A stretch of DNA of 64,000 nt from Fistulifera solaris (Eukaryota), in NCBI GenBank assembly GCA_030295235.1, contig AP026140.1, positions 372,001 to 436,000 of the forward strand, read 5' to 3'. A program made the position numbers and the translations under genes. Of the stretch, positions 25,543 to 38,620 are shown piece by piece (the stretch's first letter is position 1; every line of letters starts with the position of its first letter). The notes under the pieces were generated by a model. The model saw nothing but the letters and a program-made list of their open reading frames with translations. It did not search any database and was not told the DNA's origin.

Positions 25543-26937
25543 TTACTTTAGAGCTTGCGGTGGTAGCTTTGGCTTGCGTGCGACGAATCGAGTACACCTG
25601 TATTGCAAGCTCACCATCGAACGCCGATCGGATGTATACAAGGCCGGATGGCCGCACGACGACTCTATTATTTCGAAACCAATATTTTTCAATATCTCTA
25701 TCATGTCATCCAGTGATAGATCAATTGATGTGAGATACTTTGAGTCGAGATGGTTCAATCGTTGGTGGTAATCGTCCACAGTTTGATCGTCTGGTCTCAT
25801 CGCAGGCCCCGACCAGTGCCACAGTAAAGGGCCAAAGTTGAAAAGAAGCCCCCAGGCTTCAGCATACGATAGATGACGAGTAGGTACTCCACCACATTCG
25901 GACTTGCGTCTAGGAAAAAGCATGCGACCACTCCATCCCACTGTCCTGCTTCTCTGTCGTCGCTATAAATCGAGACGAAATCGCCAGCTGCCATACTGAA
26001 CCCTGTTGACGACTCTGGGCTACTTTCATCTTCAATTTCATTGACTTTCCTTCTTTTTCAGTTTCGCTCGATGGATTGTCGGTTTGCATTTCATCATTTA
26101 AGTTTCTAAGAGGGGGTGCGAGTCGTCTCCCCCATTTTTCATGATCATTTCAAACGGATCGACGTCTGGGATGTGAACTACTCTTACTGGATCGTCCACA
26201 GAGTGCACATTACGACTCTCCAAGAGGTAAGGAGAGATGGCCAGTGGGGTCGATGGCTGCAAGGGCCCGTTCAAAATGTAGTCCGAAGCCAACAACATGT
26301 GCAAGGAAAACTCGTTGCCTTGAACTGCGTACCCGGACGCTGTTAACTCGCAAGCGAGCCTCCCCACTCCGGCACCAGGAACGCACAATCGCAGCGATCT
26401 GTTGTTCAACGGCAGGTACTTTTGTACCATCTTTAGAAGCGGGGCATACGCCATATCTCGCTCAACCTTGCCTTCGCTGGACCAGTCGCGAGCTAAACTT
26501 TTAAGCACCGATGATACTTTGGACATTTGTGCATCAGTCGAAAATTGCTGCTGTGTCATTTGTTGTGAATGAGGCTGACCTGCGTGCCGAAGGATGCAGT
26601 CGAGACAGAACTGGTTGCGAATCGCCGCATCCTTATACGCATTTGCACGCTCTTGAAATTCATTCGTTTCTTGTCGTAATCCTGCTGGTAGCAGGTTTCG
26701 CTGCGCCTCGGGTAACGAATGCAATCGGTATTGGCTGTTAACCCATTGCTGCATAGCAAATGTCGCGTATTGACGATACGCGCGGCATACATCTTCAAAG
26801 TGATTGTGTTCCTCGTGGTCATCTTCCATGTAGGTCTGGTAGGCCTGAGAGAGCGAATGAAACGGCCTCGCTGCTATCGGTGATTCATTAGAAAGCGATG
26901 CTTGTGTAGAGCTAGGAATTTGATTCGGTAAACTCAT
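25543..26937 (-). CDS. CARNMT1: Carnosine N-methyltransferase (N2227 family)
   Basis: KVSSVLKSLARDWSSEG..ER, VPGAGVGRL, QGNEFS..ML, SMAAGDF, CFFLD, LKPGG..NFGPLLWH. Split by indels near 26110, 26050 and 25850. Confidence 0.9.
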
Positions 26938-27585
26938 GGCCTTGGCGCGAAAAATGTGTCTAGCAAAGCAACAAACAAAAGAGTGTGAGATTCTATCAGG
27001 ACGCCTCATCGGTAAGGAAGCACAAACCGCGAGTGTCAGACAAGACTCTCAGAGCTTTAATGTTCCAGAGGAATCGGCCTCAGTCAGCGGTAGGTAGATA
27101 TAACGCTGATCAAGTTTTGACAGTCTCTGGGAGGGTGAAAAATGGCGAAGGAACGACACGAACCTTTAACGCTCGAGAACGCAAGCTATTGAGAGCTTTG
27201 ACGACCGCGTCGTTGCTGTTCTGCTTTGCTTTGCATTTAAAACAAATACGATTCAGGAAGATAGCTGAACGATAACACAAACAGTGACAAGTGCTTGTGT
27301 TGCGATCAATTTTATTTGCACAGCAATGCGATCTTTTTTTCGAGTGGCTGCGGGCGTTGTGTCACAAGTCATGGTACGACATCGTCACTTTTTTCATGCC
27401 GTTTCGACTCTAGAGTCTAGCTAGGCCTTCGGAGCCCAAAACATAAAATATAAATCTAGAATGGGAACAACGAAAGATCAATGATCAACTGAATTAATTA
27501 GATCATTACATATTACTGATGCTTTCTTTCATTTGCTACTGGAATCCTATAACCGAGCAGAGCGTCGAGACAAGCTTACCGGTTG

Positions 27586-30500
27586 CTAATAAGGCAACTC
27601 GTAAGCAGCGACATAGTTGGGAAAGGCAAGAGGCGCACTCGCAGCAATGCGTCTACCGTCAGCAGACATGGCCGTTGCGTATCCAAACCAGCTTTCACCA
27701 ATGAGGTCATCTCCAAGAATAGATCCTCCAACCTGCTGCCACGCACCGTCAAGATATTCAAAGATACGAACATTGCCGCGGAAAAGACTGGTGTCCTCTC
27801 CCAGCAAATTGGCGTCACGGTAGCCGGTATTCCCATAGACAACCTTTGTTCCGTAATCCGACATGGCAACAGAAGTATCGTAAGCGAAGAAAAAGCAACA
27901 ACCATCTAAATCCTCCACATCCTCGCCCATTTGAGTCCACGAATTTGTCTCGGGTGTCCACTCGAGTACCTTGAAGTAGCCAATGCCAGAGTCACGGCGC
28001 TTGTTTGTGACCACAATCCGGTTTCCACTAGCAGACAACGCCAGGGTATTCGTGGAAGAAGTTGCAACCGCACTCTCAACGACGATATTACCTCCCATTT
28101 GCACCCAAGCTCCAAACGCGTCTTGTTCAAACACCTGGTAGTAAGGATCAGTGTCTGCAATGCCTTGAGAAAAAGCCGCGATTCTCAAACCGTTCCGAGA
28201 AATAGCAACTGCCTGTCCGAGCTGGCTACCGGGCTGTGCGCCTGTAATGACACTTCCGACTTGGGCCCATTCTCCGCCGTTCACAAAGTCAAACACTTGC
28301 ACAATGCCTTGTTTAGATCCATAGTCAATGTCGTTGCATCGAGCGTCGCCGGATCCAGCCACATCTGGAGTACCGACAACCCAACGATTTCCGTCTCCCG
28401 ATAAGGCAGTAGACCATCCCAGAGAACGACACTGAGTGCCCACAATGCTTTGTCCTTTTGAACCCACCTTCCGTTTTCGTACATGTTGACTTGAGCACGA
28501 CCAGCAAGCGGGTCAGAAAGCCCGTTATTGTCGGGCACGCTGCGACTATAACCAGAACCACCAGCGACAGTCATTCCGTCGGCGGAGATAGCGACAGAGC
28601 TTCCAAAACGAACACTTCCTTCGCCGATAGTATCAAAGATTTCTCCACCTACTACATCCCACACTGATTCCGTTTCGTTGTAACGATAAACACCAATGTG
28701 ACCGGGAGCGTTGCCAGGTGTTCCAATCGCAATTACCGATCCATCAGCAGACATGGCCATATCAGTCCCAAGCAAACCTTCCCACAGCGGCACAATCGGC
28801 TGGCCGACTTGGAGCCATCGTTGGCCTGATGTACCTGAATGCAGCGTGGGAATCGAAGATGGGGACCAGCTAGGCGCAAGGACGTCGCTACCAGGAATAG
28901 CTGTTGGGTCGGGCGTGTGACTCACAGCAGCTATTGTCGGAGTTTCCGACGGAGAGAGACTTGGAAAATCACTAAAGACGTGGCCGTTAGAGGGCTGCAA
29001 ACTTTTCGGGGTCAAACTGGGAAAGTCGCTTGGTAGAGCATCCGTCGGTCCTGGCGTTGCCATGGACATGCTCATGTAGTTCGCATCACTCAGCATCCGG
29101 CCGTATTCGAAGTTAAAAACAGAAATTTCTTCGAGAGGGGCTTCGACTTTATCAGCGTCAGTCACGGTAAGCAACGTTCGAGATCGCTGACGACGCAAGA
29201 ATGATCCAGCACTGGAAACTGACGACGGAGACGAGCTCGGCGCCAGGGCATCGCTTGCAGGAACTTGAACAGGGAACGAGCTCGGCGACGAGCTTGGAGC
29301 AAGAGCGTCACTGGCCTGAATCGCAGAAGGAGAGGAACTGGGTGCAAGGGCATCACTGGCTGGAATTTCCGTCGGATTTGAACTTGGAACAAGTGTGTGG
29401 CTTACGGCAGGCACTGTCGGACTGGGAGATGCAACAGAGTGGGTCGGCAACGAAGTCGGCGCGGCTGTATGCGAGACTACGGCTGCCGACGGCGACTCTG
29501 AAGGTGACAAGCTTGGGAAGTCGCTGGTAATGACAGCGCCGGACGGCTCCACGCTTCGCGGAAGCATGCTCGGAACGTCGCTGGGTAGAACTTTCGTCGG
29601 CTCTGGAGTAGGTGCGACAGGAGCGTTTGTCATCGACATGCTCGAAAAGTATTTATCACTCAACAGGCGACCATACTCCGAGTCAAAAGCATTAGTTCCT
29701 TCTTCGAAAAAGGCTTCTGCTTTGTCACCTTCTTGAAGGGTCAACAGTGAGCGTAATCGTTGACGACGCAAGAGTAAACCAGCGCTAGGGGCCGATGACG
29801 GAGACGAGCTCGGGGCAAGCGCGTCACTGGCTGGAATCTCCGTGGGTCGGGAACTAGGCGATGAACTCGGAGCGAGTGCATCACTCGCAGGAATCTCCGT
29901 CGGAGCCAAGCTGAGAGAAGCGCTCGGGACATCACTGGCAAGAATCACCGTGGGCGACGAGCTTGGAAAAGAACTCGGTGCAAGCGCATCGCTATCAGGA
30001 ATTTCCGAAGGGAAAGAGCTTGGTGACGAGCTCGGTGCAAGTACATCACTATCGGGAATCGCCGTCGGAGCAGAACTCACAGAAGCGCTCGGAGCATCAC
30101 TGACTACAATCACCGTGGGTGACGAGCTTGGAAAAGAACTCGGAGCAAGGGCATCACTGTCGGGAATCTCCGTCGGCGCCAAGCTGAGAGAAGCGCTCGG
30201 GGCATCGCTGGCAGAAATCCCCGTCGGATCTGCGCTGGGTGAAGAACTGGGAGCAAGTACATCACTGTCGGGAATCTCTGTCGGGGCAGCGGATCCTTCC
30301 GTCGGCAGGGCACTCGGAGCATCGGAGAGTGCCAGCCCGGTCGGAGTGGAGCTTGGGAAGAGCGTGTGACTGACTGCAGTAGGACTTGGAGATGCAGCCT
30401 CCGTGGGAGAGGAACTGGGGAAGAGCGTATGAACGACGACAGACTTGGTAGGACTCGGGGTAGCTGCGACTTCGGTTGGGACGCTCGACGGAGCCAAGCT

Positions 30501-30821
30501 CGGGAAATCACTGACAATGACATTGCCGGACGGTTCCGCGCTTCGCGGCAGCAAGCTCGGAATGTCGCTGGGAAGAACTCGCGACGGCTCCGGGGTTGGG
30601 AATGCGACGGGGGCGATCGTCATGGACATACTCAGGGAGTACTCGTAGCGCAACATGCGACCGTACTCCGCGTAAAAGAGATCTTCATGAGGAACTTCTG
30701 CGTGAGGATCCCCTCCGACCTGCAACAAAGAACGAGATCTTTGTCGACGCAAACGGTCAGCAGAGACAACCGAGACAAGAAGGATGCACGAGAGTGCGGA
30801 GACGAAGTTGCGTGCCTTCAT
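27586..30821 (-). CDS. Large secreted Ser/Pro/Thr-repeat protein with a C-terminal FG-GAP-like beta-propeller
   Basis: Signal peptide followed by many PSSSPS and IPASDALAPSS repeats. The C-terminal repeats read W.QVG..I.G....G.SVA(M/I)S.DG..IA.G. The two ORFs join by an indel near 28460. Confidence 0.8.
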
Positions 30822-31219
30822 GATGATGAAGCGACAATTTTATGAGGACAAATGATGACCCATTTTGGGCCGTCGGCTGCGCGGTTAATTCCTCCATTCT
30901 GTAAGGCTTTCCTTCTTAGGATGTTTGAATGCAAACAAAAGTCTGTCCTAAGTTGTTTTAGGGAAACGGTTTAATTTGCAAAGTATGCTCGATCAAACAC
31001 AAAGAATGCATTTTTTTGCAACGGTGTGAAACGTTCTTTTGCAACGGATGCAATGAGTACCGCCTGAATACCGGACGGGCGAGAGAGTGCACCTCGATAG
31101 GGACTGGATGCACACTCGGGACTCGCAAATTTCGGTTGACATAATCGCGTCGTCCCTTCAATCTTTTTAAAATAGATTATTCATAAGCTCCTCCGCCTTC
31201 CTTGAGTAAAAATAGTCGA

Positions 31220-33156
31220 ATGACAGACTTAGGGAACGACCCCGTCATACGCCGTCGCCCAGTACGCAGCTTGCGCTGTCGAAATGGTCTCATTCGATTC
31301 GCCAAGGACAGGACGAGTCAAAATGGTGAAGACGGCATCATTGAGCGCCTATTTGAATTGCTTCCCAGTACTTCCGATACCAGTTGGTGTGTCGATGTGG
31401 GGGCCTGGGATGGTGTGCATCTCAGTAACACGCATTCTCTGCTGGTGGGAACGCAGAAACGAATATGGAAGGGGGTGCTCATTGAAGCGGACGTTCACAA
31501 ATATGAAGAGCTCTTTGCCTTACACCGACCTCTGGGAAATGTATGTGTACGAGAAGAAGTCTCCGGTCTTGAAAATAGTCCTCGGTCGCTATCGAATCTT
31601 CTGCAATCAGCTTCGAAAAATGGGATCGACATTCCTCGCCAGCTGGAATTTCTGTGTATTGATATCGACGGATCAGACTACTGGGTATGGCATGATTTAT
31701 TGAAGGAAGGCAGATACCGAGCAAAAGTTGTCTGTATTGAGTTCAATCCTACTATGCCCGATGATTTAGTGTTCATCCCTTGTCGAAGCGACAAATTGCG
31801 ACAAGGAGCCAGTTTGTCGGCACTCGTCGAGCTCGCCAGTCGCTTTGATTACGTACTGGTCGAAACAACTCTGTACAATGCATTTTTCGTACAAACGCAA
31901 CTTTATAATGCTTATCTAAAAGAGGAAGTACCGGATACTTCCATCGAGGCCCTTCACGACCTTACTATGGGAACATCTCTTTATCAACTGTACGATGGAA
32001 CTTTGAAATTGTGGGGGTGCAAAAAATTACTGTGGCACCGAATACCTTTGGATGAAAAGAAATTACAAATGGTTGCCACAGGTCAAAGATCATTTCCTTT
32101 TGAACCGAACGTACACACCGAGACTTTTGACTTTTCCTCGGTCGTTGATCTCGCCCCTTTGTTGTCAAGGAAGACATCGCTGACGACCGACATCAAGCAA
32201 GGATACGTTGTGCAGCACTGCTGATCGATCAACTGAAGAAAGACGGTTTTTGTTACGTAAGGGGACTCGGATTGTCGCAAAAGATATGTGAGGACGCTCT
32301 CGTGCAAACGAACGCTCTTCTGCAAGAAGCTAGTGAAGATGTTCGGCGATCGTGCTTGACCAAAGACCGTGCGAGACGAGGATATAGTCCCATGAATATA
32401 GAGAATTTCGCTTCGTTGGTGGGAGAGAATGGGCCGAATGATCTGGTGAAAAAGTATCGAATCGGGCCTCTAGATCCGAAACACTCGGGCCCACTTTTAC
32501 AGCCCAATATTTGGCCGCCCGAAGATCAATGGCAGAATGCGGCTTCCTTCCGACAGACCATGGAAACATTTTACAGTGAAATGTGCAGTGCTGGGGCCGT
32601 GGTAGTGGACGCAATTTGCGAAGGCTTGATGAGTGAAGTGCCGGGACTGAAGTCTGCTTTGAATCCGTTGTTGAGTAGCTCCGATGAAACGGAATCAAAC
32701 AAGACTTCCATACTAACCCTGCTGAGCTACCAAGTAACAAGCCGCCACAAGAAAGCTCGGAAGAAACAAATGGCTCCTTTAGTTGCTGCTCACACGGACG
32801 TAGGAGTGATCACAATTCTCTTGTTTGATAGCGGCGATTGTGCTACGCTACAGCGAAGCGATGGTAGTGGGGGATGGGTTGATGTCAAACTACCGAAATC
32901 AATTCCCGACGATCCTGTTTTTGTGGTAAATATGGCCGACTGCTTGTCAGACCTTACGGGAGGACATGTCCCGTCTACACTTCATCGTGTTGTTGCTAGT
33001 GATGGGACGCAGCCGCGAAACTGTTGCGCGTTATTTGTGGGTCTCGAAGCAGACACAAAACTTCAGGTAGATGGAGAGTCCATGACTTACGAGGAATGGA
33101 GAAGAGATCGTATACAAAAGGCTCAAAATGTGCTTCAAATGAAAGCGAAAGAGTAG
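31220..33156 (+). CDS. FkbM-like SAM methyltransferase fused to an IPNS-type 2OG-Fe(II) dioxygenase
   Basis: N-half: SQNGEDGII, VDVGAWDG..LSN, GVLIEAD, LCIDIDGSDYW, IEFNP. C-half: VVDLAP, KDGFCYV, RRGYSP, NIWP, AHTDVG (HxD), HRV and RNC. One T indel at ~32157 makes a single ORF. Confidence 0.75.
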
Positions 33157-33894
33157 AGGAGCACTGAAAGGTGTGCCCCCGCTGTCATCGGTGAAGCGCC
33201 TTTCCAGCAGATTCTTGGTCGCGGTTTCGCCACTATGTAATTAGAGACTCTGCATATCGTGTGGATCTCTTACTAGCGCTCTACCTGATGAAATAATGTT
33301 GGCAACAAACATCTTGACTTGGAACAACGGAGTGAACGATTCATCGGCCTTTCCTTGCAAGCTTATTAAAATGCATCCAACAGTCGTGTAAATGATTGTC
33401 ATAGTTATCAGAGACAATATCTTTGTCTGGACATGATGGCTGGAATATGCGAATAGAAGTGTCGAGAAATCTCACCTTTATTATTTATCTCTTCATCAGG
33501 ATAACCTTAGCACTTGCCTTAGCACTTAGCATCAATTTTCCTCAACGGAAAAGCGGTGTACAAACCGAATGTCGTACAGAGCTTAAGAAATAAGTACTGA
33601 ACCTCTTCTAGTGATAGTATACACAATAGTGTAGGCGGTAGGCATTGCCGTAGCGGTGCGCGGTGCAACTTTGGCACCCGTTGAGAAAAACAAAACTCTA
33701 CTACTTTTACTTGCTATCATTGAACATCTTTATAAGCTTTCTTTATCTTCTCAACTGTGTTCGCGCTCAGTATCGATTAGCTGAAGAAAGCCGTCGGTTT
33801 GCAGCAACGTGTCACGCAAACAATCAGGTTACATGGCAGTAAATTCGGCCATTTCACGACGCGACTTGCTTTCCTCGTTGCTTTGACTTTTGCA

Positions 33895-36800
33895 ATGGAG
33901 CACTTTGCACCAGAGAACAATCCGCACAGCACTCCCAGTCGGCATTTATTACCAGCTTGCTCCGACGATTCCGCCGATACGCCTATTCAGTACACTTCAT
34001 TCGATGAGGCGACGTCGAAACGCTTCGACTATGTCCAAATAGGGCTATCCGAATCGCAAAGCCCTATTAGTGAAGAAATGGACGCTTATCCCTTACATGC
34101 ACCAACACCGGCCCGGCTGCAATCACTCAGTGTCGAAGAAGCAACCCCACTGGTTTCCAATCGAAGTTTCTTGTCTCATGTGCGCGGAATTCATCGTCCC
34201 GCGTCGCCTTCGGGAACATTTCCTGTGGAATCGCCCAAACGGATGAATCGTCCCAGCGAAACCAAGAGTTTGGTCGACTCGGAAGGAGACTGTTCGGTTG
34301 AAGAAAACACAGCCGTATTGCCGCAGCACTTCATGGTCGACAGACACGCAAAGTCCGTGCACTATCAAATCGTTTATCGAGGCACGGTTTCACTGCTCGC
34401 TACGCCTTCCATTAACGGGACGCGGAATGGTTCCTATCTGAGTTACGGGGATATTTTTGAGAGTTCATGGTGCAGTACAATGCATGAGACAGTTTCGGAG
34501 AGTGAAGCGCGGCAACTGAAGCCTAGACTCGACGTCGATGTGCTCCAGCACCACACTTCACAAGTTGGGCTACCTACAATGCCCTCGCTGCAGAATCTTT
34601 CCACAAGCCAAATGAGCAGTTCACATTCAATCATCCGTGTAGATCGCGTGTTGACTAGGGGATATTCGGTCAATCCGAATTTGCAACGTGTGAACTATAA
34701 TGGATCCGAGATTTCGCCCGGAGAACAATTCTCCGGATTTGTCGTTTCGCATGTCGGCGACCAATGCATTGCCAAAAAGCTAGATACCTTACCAGAAATC
34801 GAAGAAAGAACTATACTGTTAAAGGTGACTTCATCCTCTCCGATACCTATTTTCTCGGGTCCTTCATTCGATGCCCCCAAGCTGAAAGCAATGGCTCTGC
34901 CAGGGACGACAGTGGAAGCATCCTTACGAGTTCGACTGATTTATGAAACCAAAGAGGACAACGGCGTTTCTTTCCTGCGGCTCAATCATCGGCATGGATG
35001 GCTGGCTGATCGAAGGCAAGGTTCTGATGTGCCCACCGTAATTGAAATCCCTATCCATACGTTGGGATGTGGTAATTGTGATGAGTCAATAATGTCGACT
35101 GCGTCAACAATGACTTCCTTCAGCGTCTCCTCTCATGCACGGCGCAAGCACCGTCCACCGCGCAGAAGAACGGATGCGTCCATCGAAGCTCCTGCATTAA
35201 ATATCTCTCGAATAAACAGCGAGATTGTTCCCAGTGGGACGCCCGAGAGAAATTCGTCTTTTCAAGATTCTAGTCAGTGTTCAAAGAAGTTGCCTAGTCC
35301 TGTCTCCAATCTATCACTTCTTTCTGACGAGTCCTCGATAGGTCATAATACGTCCGACTTACGCCATCCTCAATCGCCAGACGTTTCACACTCAACCATA
35401 AGAAGCACTGGCTCATCGAAGAGCAAATCAACCTCATGTTTGTATCTGATGCGAGTGACATCACCACGGGGTCTCAAGATTCTCGATACGCCACATTTTC
35501 AGGTCAACCGTTTGATCCGTAAAAATTTGAATACTTCAGACATCGTCTCTTCTTCGCACATGGTGAGCCAAATGGAATCCGGTCCTCCGAAGAAACACCA
35601 TTCTATTTTTCACACCATGTCGGGACGTACAACAACAACGAGCCCCAGTAGCCGTACTGGCAATCCAGCAATATTCGATTTTGGCTCACGAACTAGAATA
35701 TTGCCGCGTGGGAGTTCTTTTCGAGGCAGCAAGCCGGCTCGAGCAAACAGGAGCTTTTAGTGACGGTGAGGGATTGATTAAACTATCGGACAATAGTGGA
35801 TGGGCGATTATTCCACACGAGGGCGGTGGAAATGATCAGCATCACAGCCACCAGGGCCAGACCATAGAACATCGTCGAGCTTTTGAAGAGGTAGGAAACG
35901 CAGTTTTACATGAATCGATGTCTCTCGGCGATGAAAACAAATCGACTATTTGGTTACGTGTAGAAGTTCGATCAGGCTTGTTCATTGCTTGTCCTCCGCC
36001 GATAGGCAATTTCAATGATGGGGATACTTCGCCAACATCTTCGCGAGTTTCATCTTCAAACGGCGGTTCCTATGCAGGCTCTAATGTAATTGTTGGACAT
36101 GATTCTGATGTGGCTTCTTCTGTTGGAAGCACTTTCATAGACTCGGTCTTTCGGACCCCGGGTAAGAACCGAGAAGCAGAAGATAGGGCAGGCGAAATTC
36201 AGAAACACGCAGACATTGTATCCTCGCTGATGAGTGACTCTTTGGCGTGCGGAACATGTGTTGAGGTCCATAAATGGTTTGTCCCCACTGATGGAAGTTC
36301 GGAGAGACAAGACTACGCACGATTACGAGGCGGCCAGGGGTGGCTCCCTATGTTTATTAGCGGAAAGGTGACATCTGTTACAATACCAAAGCCCGAGTTT
36401 CGCTTTGGGTCATTCTGGTTTCGAGTCAAATCGTCGCGCGGTGTTAAAGCCCGACACGGGCCCTCTAGGAGGGCACCTTCGATCCGCTCTGAAGACGGCG
36501 CACGTGTGATGCGTTTCGAGTGCGGAGAATTTTTGAGGGCGTCTGAAATTGTGACAGTTTATGCTCTCGATGGTCAAGCGATGGAGAGTTTCGCCAAATT
36601 GTATAGGAATCGCCATGTACAGCTCTACCGAGGACACGAACCATTTCGGCCTCTAGTTTCATTAGTAGCACCAGCAGAATGGGTGCCTATTATTTCATCG
36701 TCTGAACAGTTTTTGGAAGAATGCGCAAATGCCCCTAAGATTGAACGTCACAAGCAAGGATGGAGGTACAACGTTGTCCCCGAAACCGGTGTTGCCGTGC

Positions 36801-37144
36801 GCAAAGGCCCTTCCTTTGCTTCGGAAACAACAGGGGCTGTTTTACTTGGCGGGGAGAGTGTGATTGTCAACGAACGCGTGACATCAGGAGGCGAGACTAT
36901 TGCCTGGCTTCGTCTTAGTGATGGTCAGTGGGTTCATGACGCAGACGACGACGGGAACAAGGTGATGGCTGCGCACTCGCTGTTTCATCGATCAATCCCC
37001 AGGCCAAAGAAAGAGAAGACGGTTGCTGGCTCAATTGAGGGAAAGGAAGCGGCTTACAACAGGATCGTCTCTCGCTTGTTTCACGGCGTGAAAAATGAGA
37101 TACCTCGGATCAACGCGCAACAACTTGATCCCAAGATGGGGTAA
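33895..37144 (+). CDS. Large Ser-rich hypothetical protein with several SH3b-like beta modules
   Basis: Recurring modules end in FLRLNHRHGWL, IKLSDNSGWA, ARLRGGQGWL and WLRLSDGQWV, and start with V.VR.GPS-like strands. The ORFs join by an indel at ~35711. Confidence 0.65.
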
Positions 37145-37203
37145 ACTTAAGTGCCCACCAAAAAGTCAAAAAAACTGCATCGCATTGTCTGAACACTGGG
37201 GTG

Positions 37204-37372
37204 TCTAGCTTAGTAGACGGTAGACAAGAAACGGAAGATGCCGGAGACAAGAATTTTAGTCTCTAACCTCTCTAGACTCTTTAGAGTCTCCATCTAGCTT
37301 AGCAGACGGTAGACAAGAAACGGAAGATGTTGGAGACAAGACTAAATCTTTCTATAGACTCTATAGAGTCTC
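37204..37372. repeat. Two-copy ~89-bp tandem duplication
   Basis: tctagcttag(t/c)agacggtagacaagaaacggaagatg..ggagacaaga occurs at 37204 and 37293. Each copy ends in the near-palindrome agactct(t/a)tagagtct. Confidence 0.85.
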
Positions 37373-37715
37373 CAATGAATGCACCAAAATGCAAGTACGG
37401 GTATTCTCGCGCACCGGTACTCCTTTTAGTAGTAGAAATAATCATAGAAGTAAGGCTACTACGTACTACTACTACGTAACATGCTTTTGCATACTTGAAA
37501 CAGTACGGAATACGGATTTACGTAATGTACTTAAACTCTTATAATGAAAGTGAATTATGACCGCGTTCAGTCATTTTCAGCGACTTCTGCTGTTGCAATT
37601 GTTCCAACAAAAGCAGGGTGCGATTTACACAAAAACTCACAAAAAATGCTCTGCATTATATTGATAGAGGAATTGGGATCTGTCTCGGCTAGGTTGCTGT
37701 CAACCAAGGATAATC

Positions 37716-38437
37716 ATGCCTCATCTGTTTTGTCCGGGGAAGACAAAACAAGTGGCGCCGCCTGATGTCGGCCTAATGAGCGCCTCTGTTCAAAAGTTGG
37801 CGGAAGATGGAAAACTCGACCATATTTACAACATCCCTTTAATGGAACTTAATTGCCAGTTCGGCCTTGTTCGGAATCGTACCGATGAACCAACTCCTCT
37901 TCAACAGGCTGTCAAGCAGGAGCGTGCAAGGCAACAAGCAAAAGTAACATTGGTATTCGCAGTTCGGCGCCCTGGGTGAGCTTCGTGCCGCGAGCACGGC
38001 CAGCAATTGGCTAAGCTCGTGGCAGAAGAACCGTCGGCGGCCCTTCTCGCCACGGTCAAAGAAACAGGCGCTGACGACGAAGCCCTCCCTCGACTTTTTA
38101 CGAAAAGTACTTTGCGAGGCATGTTATTTATCAAGACGAGAAGTGGAAGTTGTATCATGCCATGGGAGGCAGAAAGATCGGCACGGGCAAGTTGGTAACT
38201 GGACTACTAAGATCTGTAAGAAGGCATCGAGCAAACAATATCGAGGCGAGCCATAACACCACCACTGTGGATACATGGATGCTGGGTGGTGTTCTGATAT
38301 TCGATAAGAAAGGAAATTTAATGCATGTTGTCGAAGAGGATTATGGCGTGGCCCTTGATATTCAAGCGATAAAGATGATAATTGATGAAATCAAGAAAAA
38401 TCAAGGTACCAAGGACACTAAGAATACAGCATCATAA
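37716..38437 (+). CDS. SELU: Selenoprotein U / PRXL2A-like (AhpC/TSA_2 thioredoxin fold), copy A, TGA=Sec at 37977-37979
   Basis: FAVRRPG-TGA-ASCREHG continues in the same frame and matches the AVRRPG(C/U)xxCRE motif. Downstream are VKET, LYHAMGGRKI and GGVLIFD. There is a +2 homopolymer indel near 38085-38100 relative to copy B. Confidence 0.8.
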
Positions 38438-38511
38438 TCAGCAGAGGATGGCAGTGATAGTATTGATGGCAAGAGGGCGGGAAGTTTATAGCCGTCATGA
38501 TTGCATGTACA

Positions 38512-38572
38512 TGCATTGTGAATGATATTCATCTGCTTACAAGCGATGGATTGACAAACGCGCAATTATGCA
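38512..38572 (+). promoter_or_regulatory. SECIS-like hairpin A1 (3' UTR of SelU copy A)
   Basis: ATGAT (38522) and TGAC (38552) form the core, flanking an ATTCATC/GATGGAT stem with a TTACAA loop. Lower stem TGCATTGTG/CGCAA..ATGCA. Confidence 0.5.
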
Positions 38573-38620
38573 GTTGTTCTGTAAGAGGATGAAACAAAAA
38601 GTCAAGAAGACCATGAAAAT

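Noticed and set aside
29162..30845. Antisense and alternative-frame ORFs over the Ser/Pro repeat gene
   Set aside because: They are shadows of repetitive, GC-rich codon usage in the real minus-strand CDS.
32150..32170. Programmed ribosomal frameshift between the methyltransferase and dioxygenase
   Set aside because: There is no canonical slippery heptamer, and similar homopolymer indels occur throughout the window, so sequencing error is the simpler explanation.
37975..37985. Intron removing the SelU TGA (G|GTGAG resembles a donor)
   Set aside because: Copy B has GGATGA with no GT at that site, and both copies are colinear with the UxxC motif without any gap.
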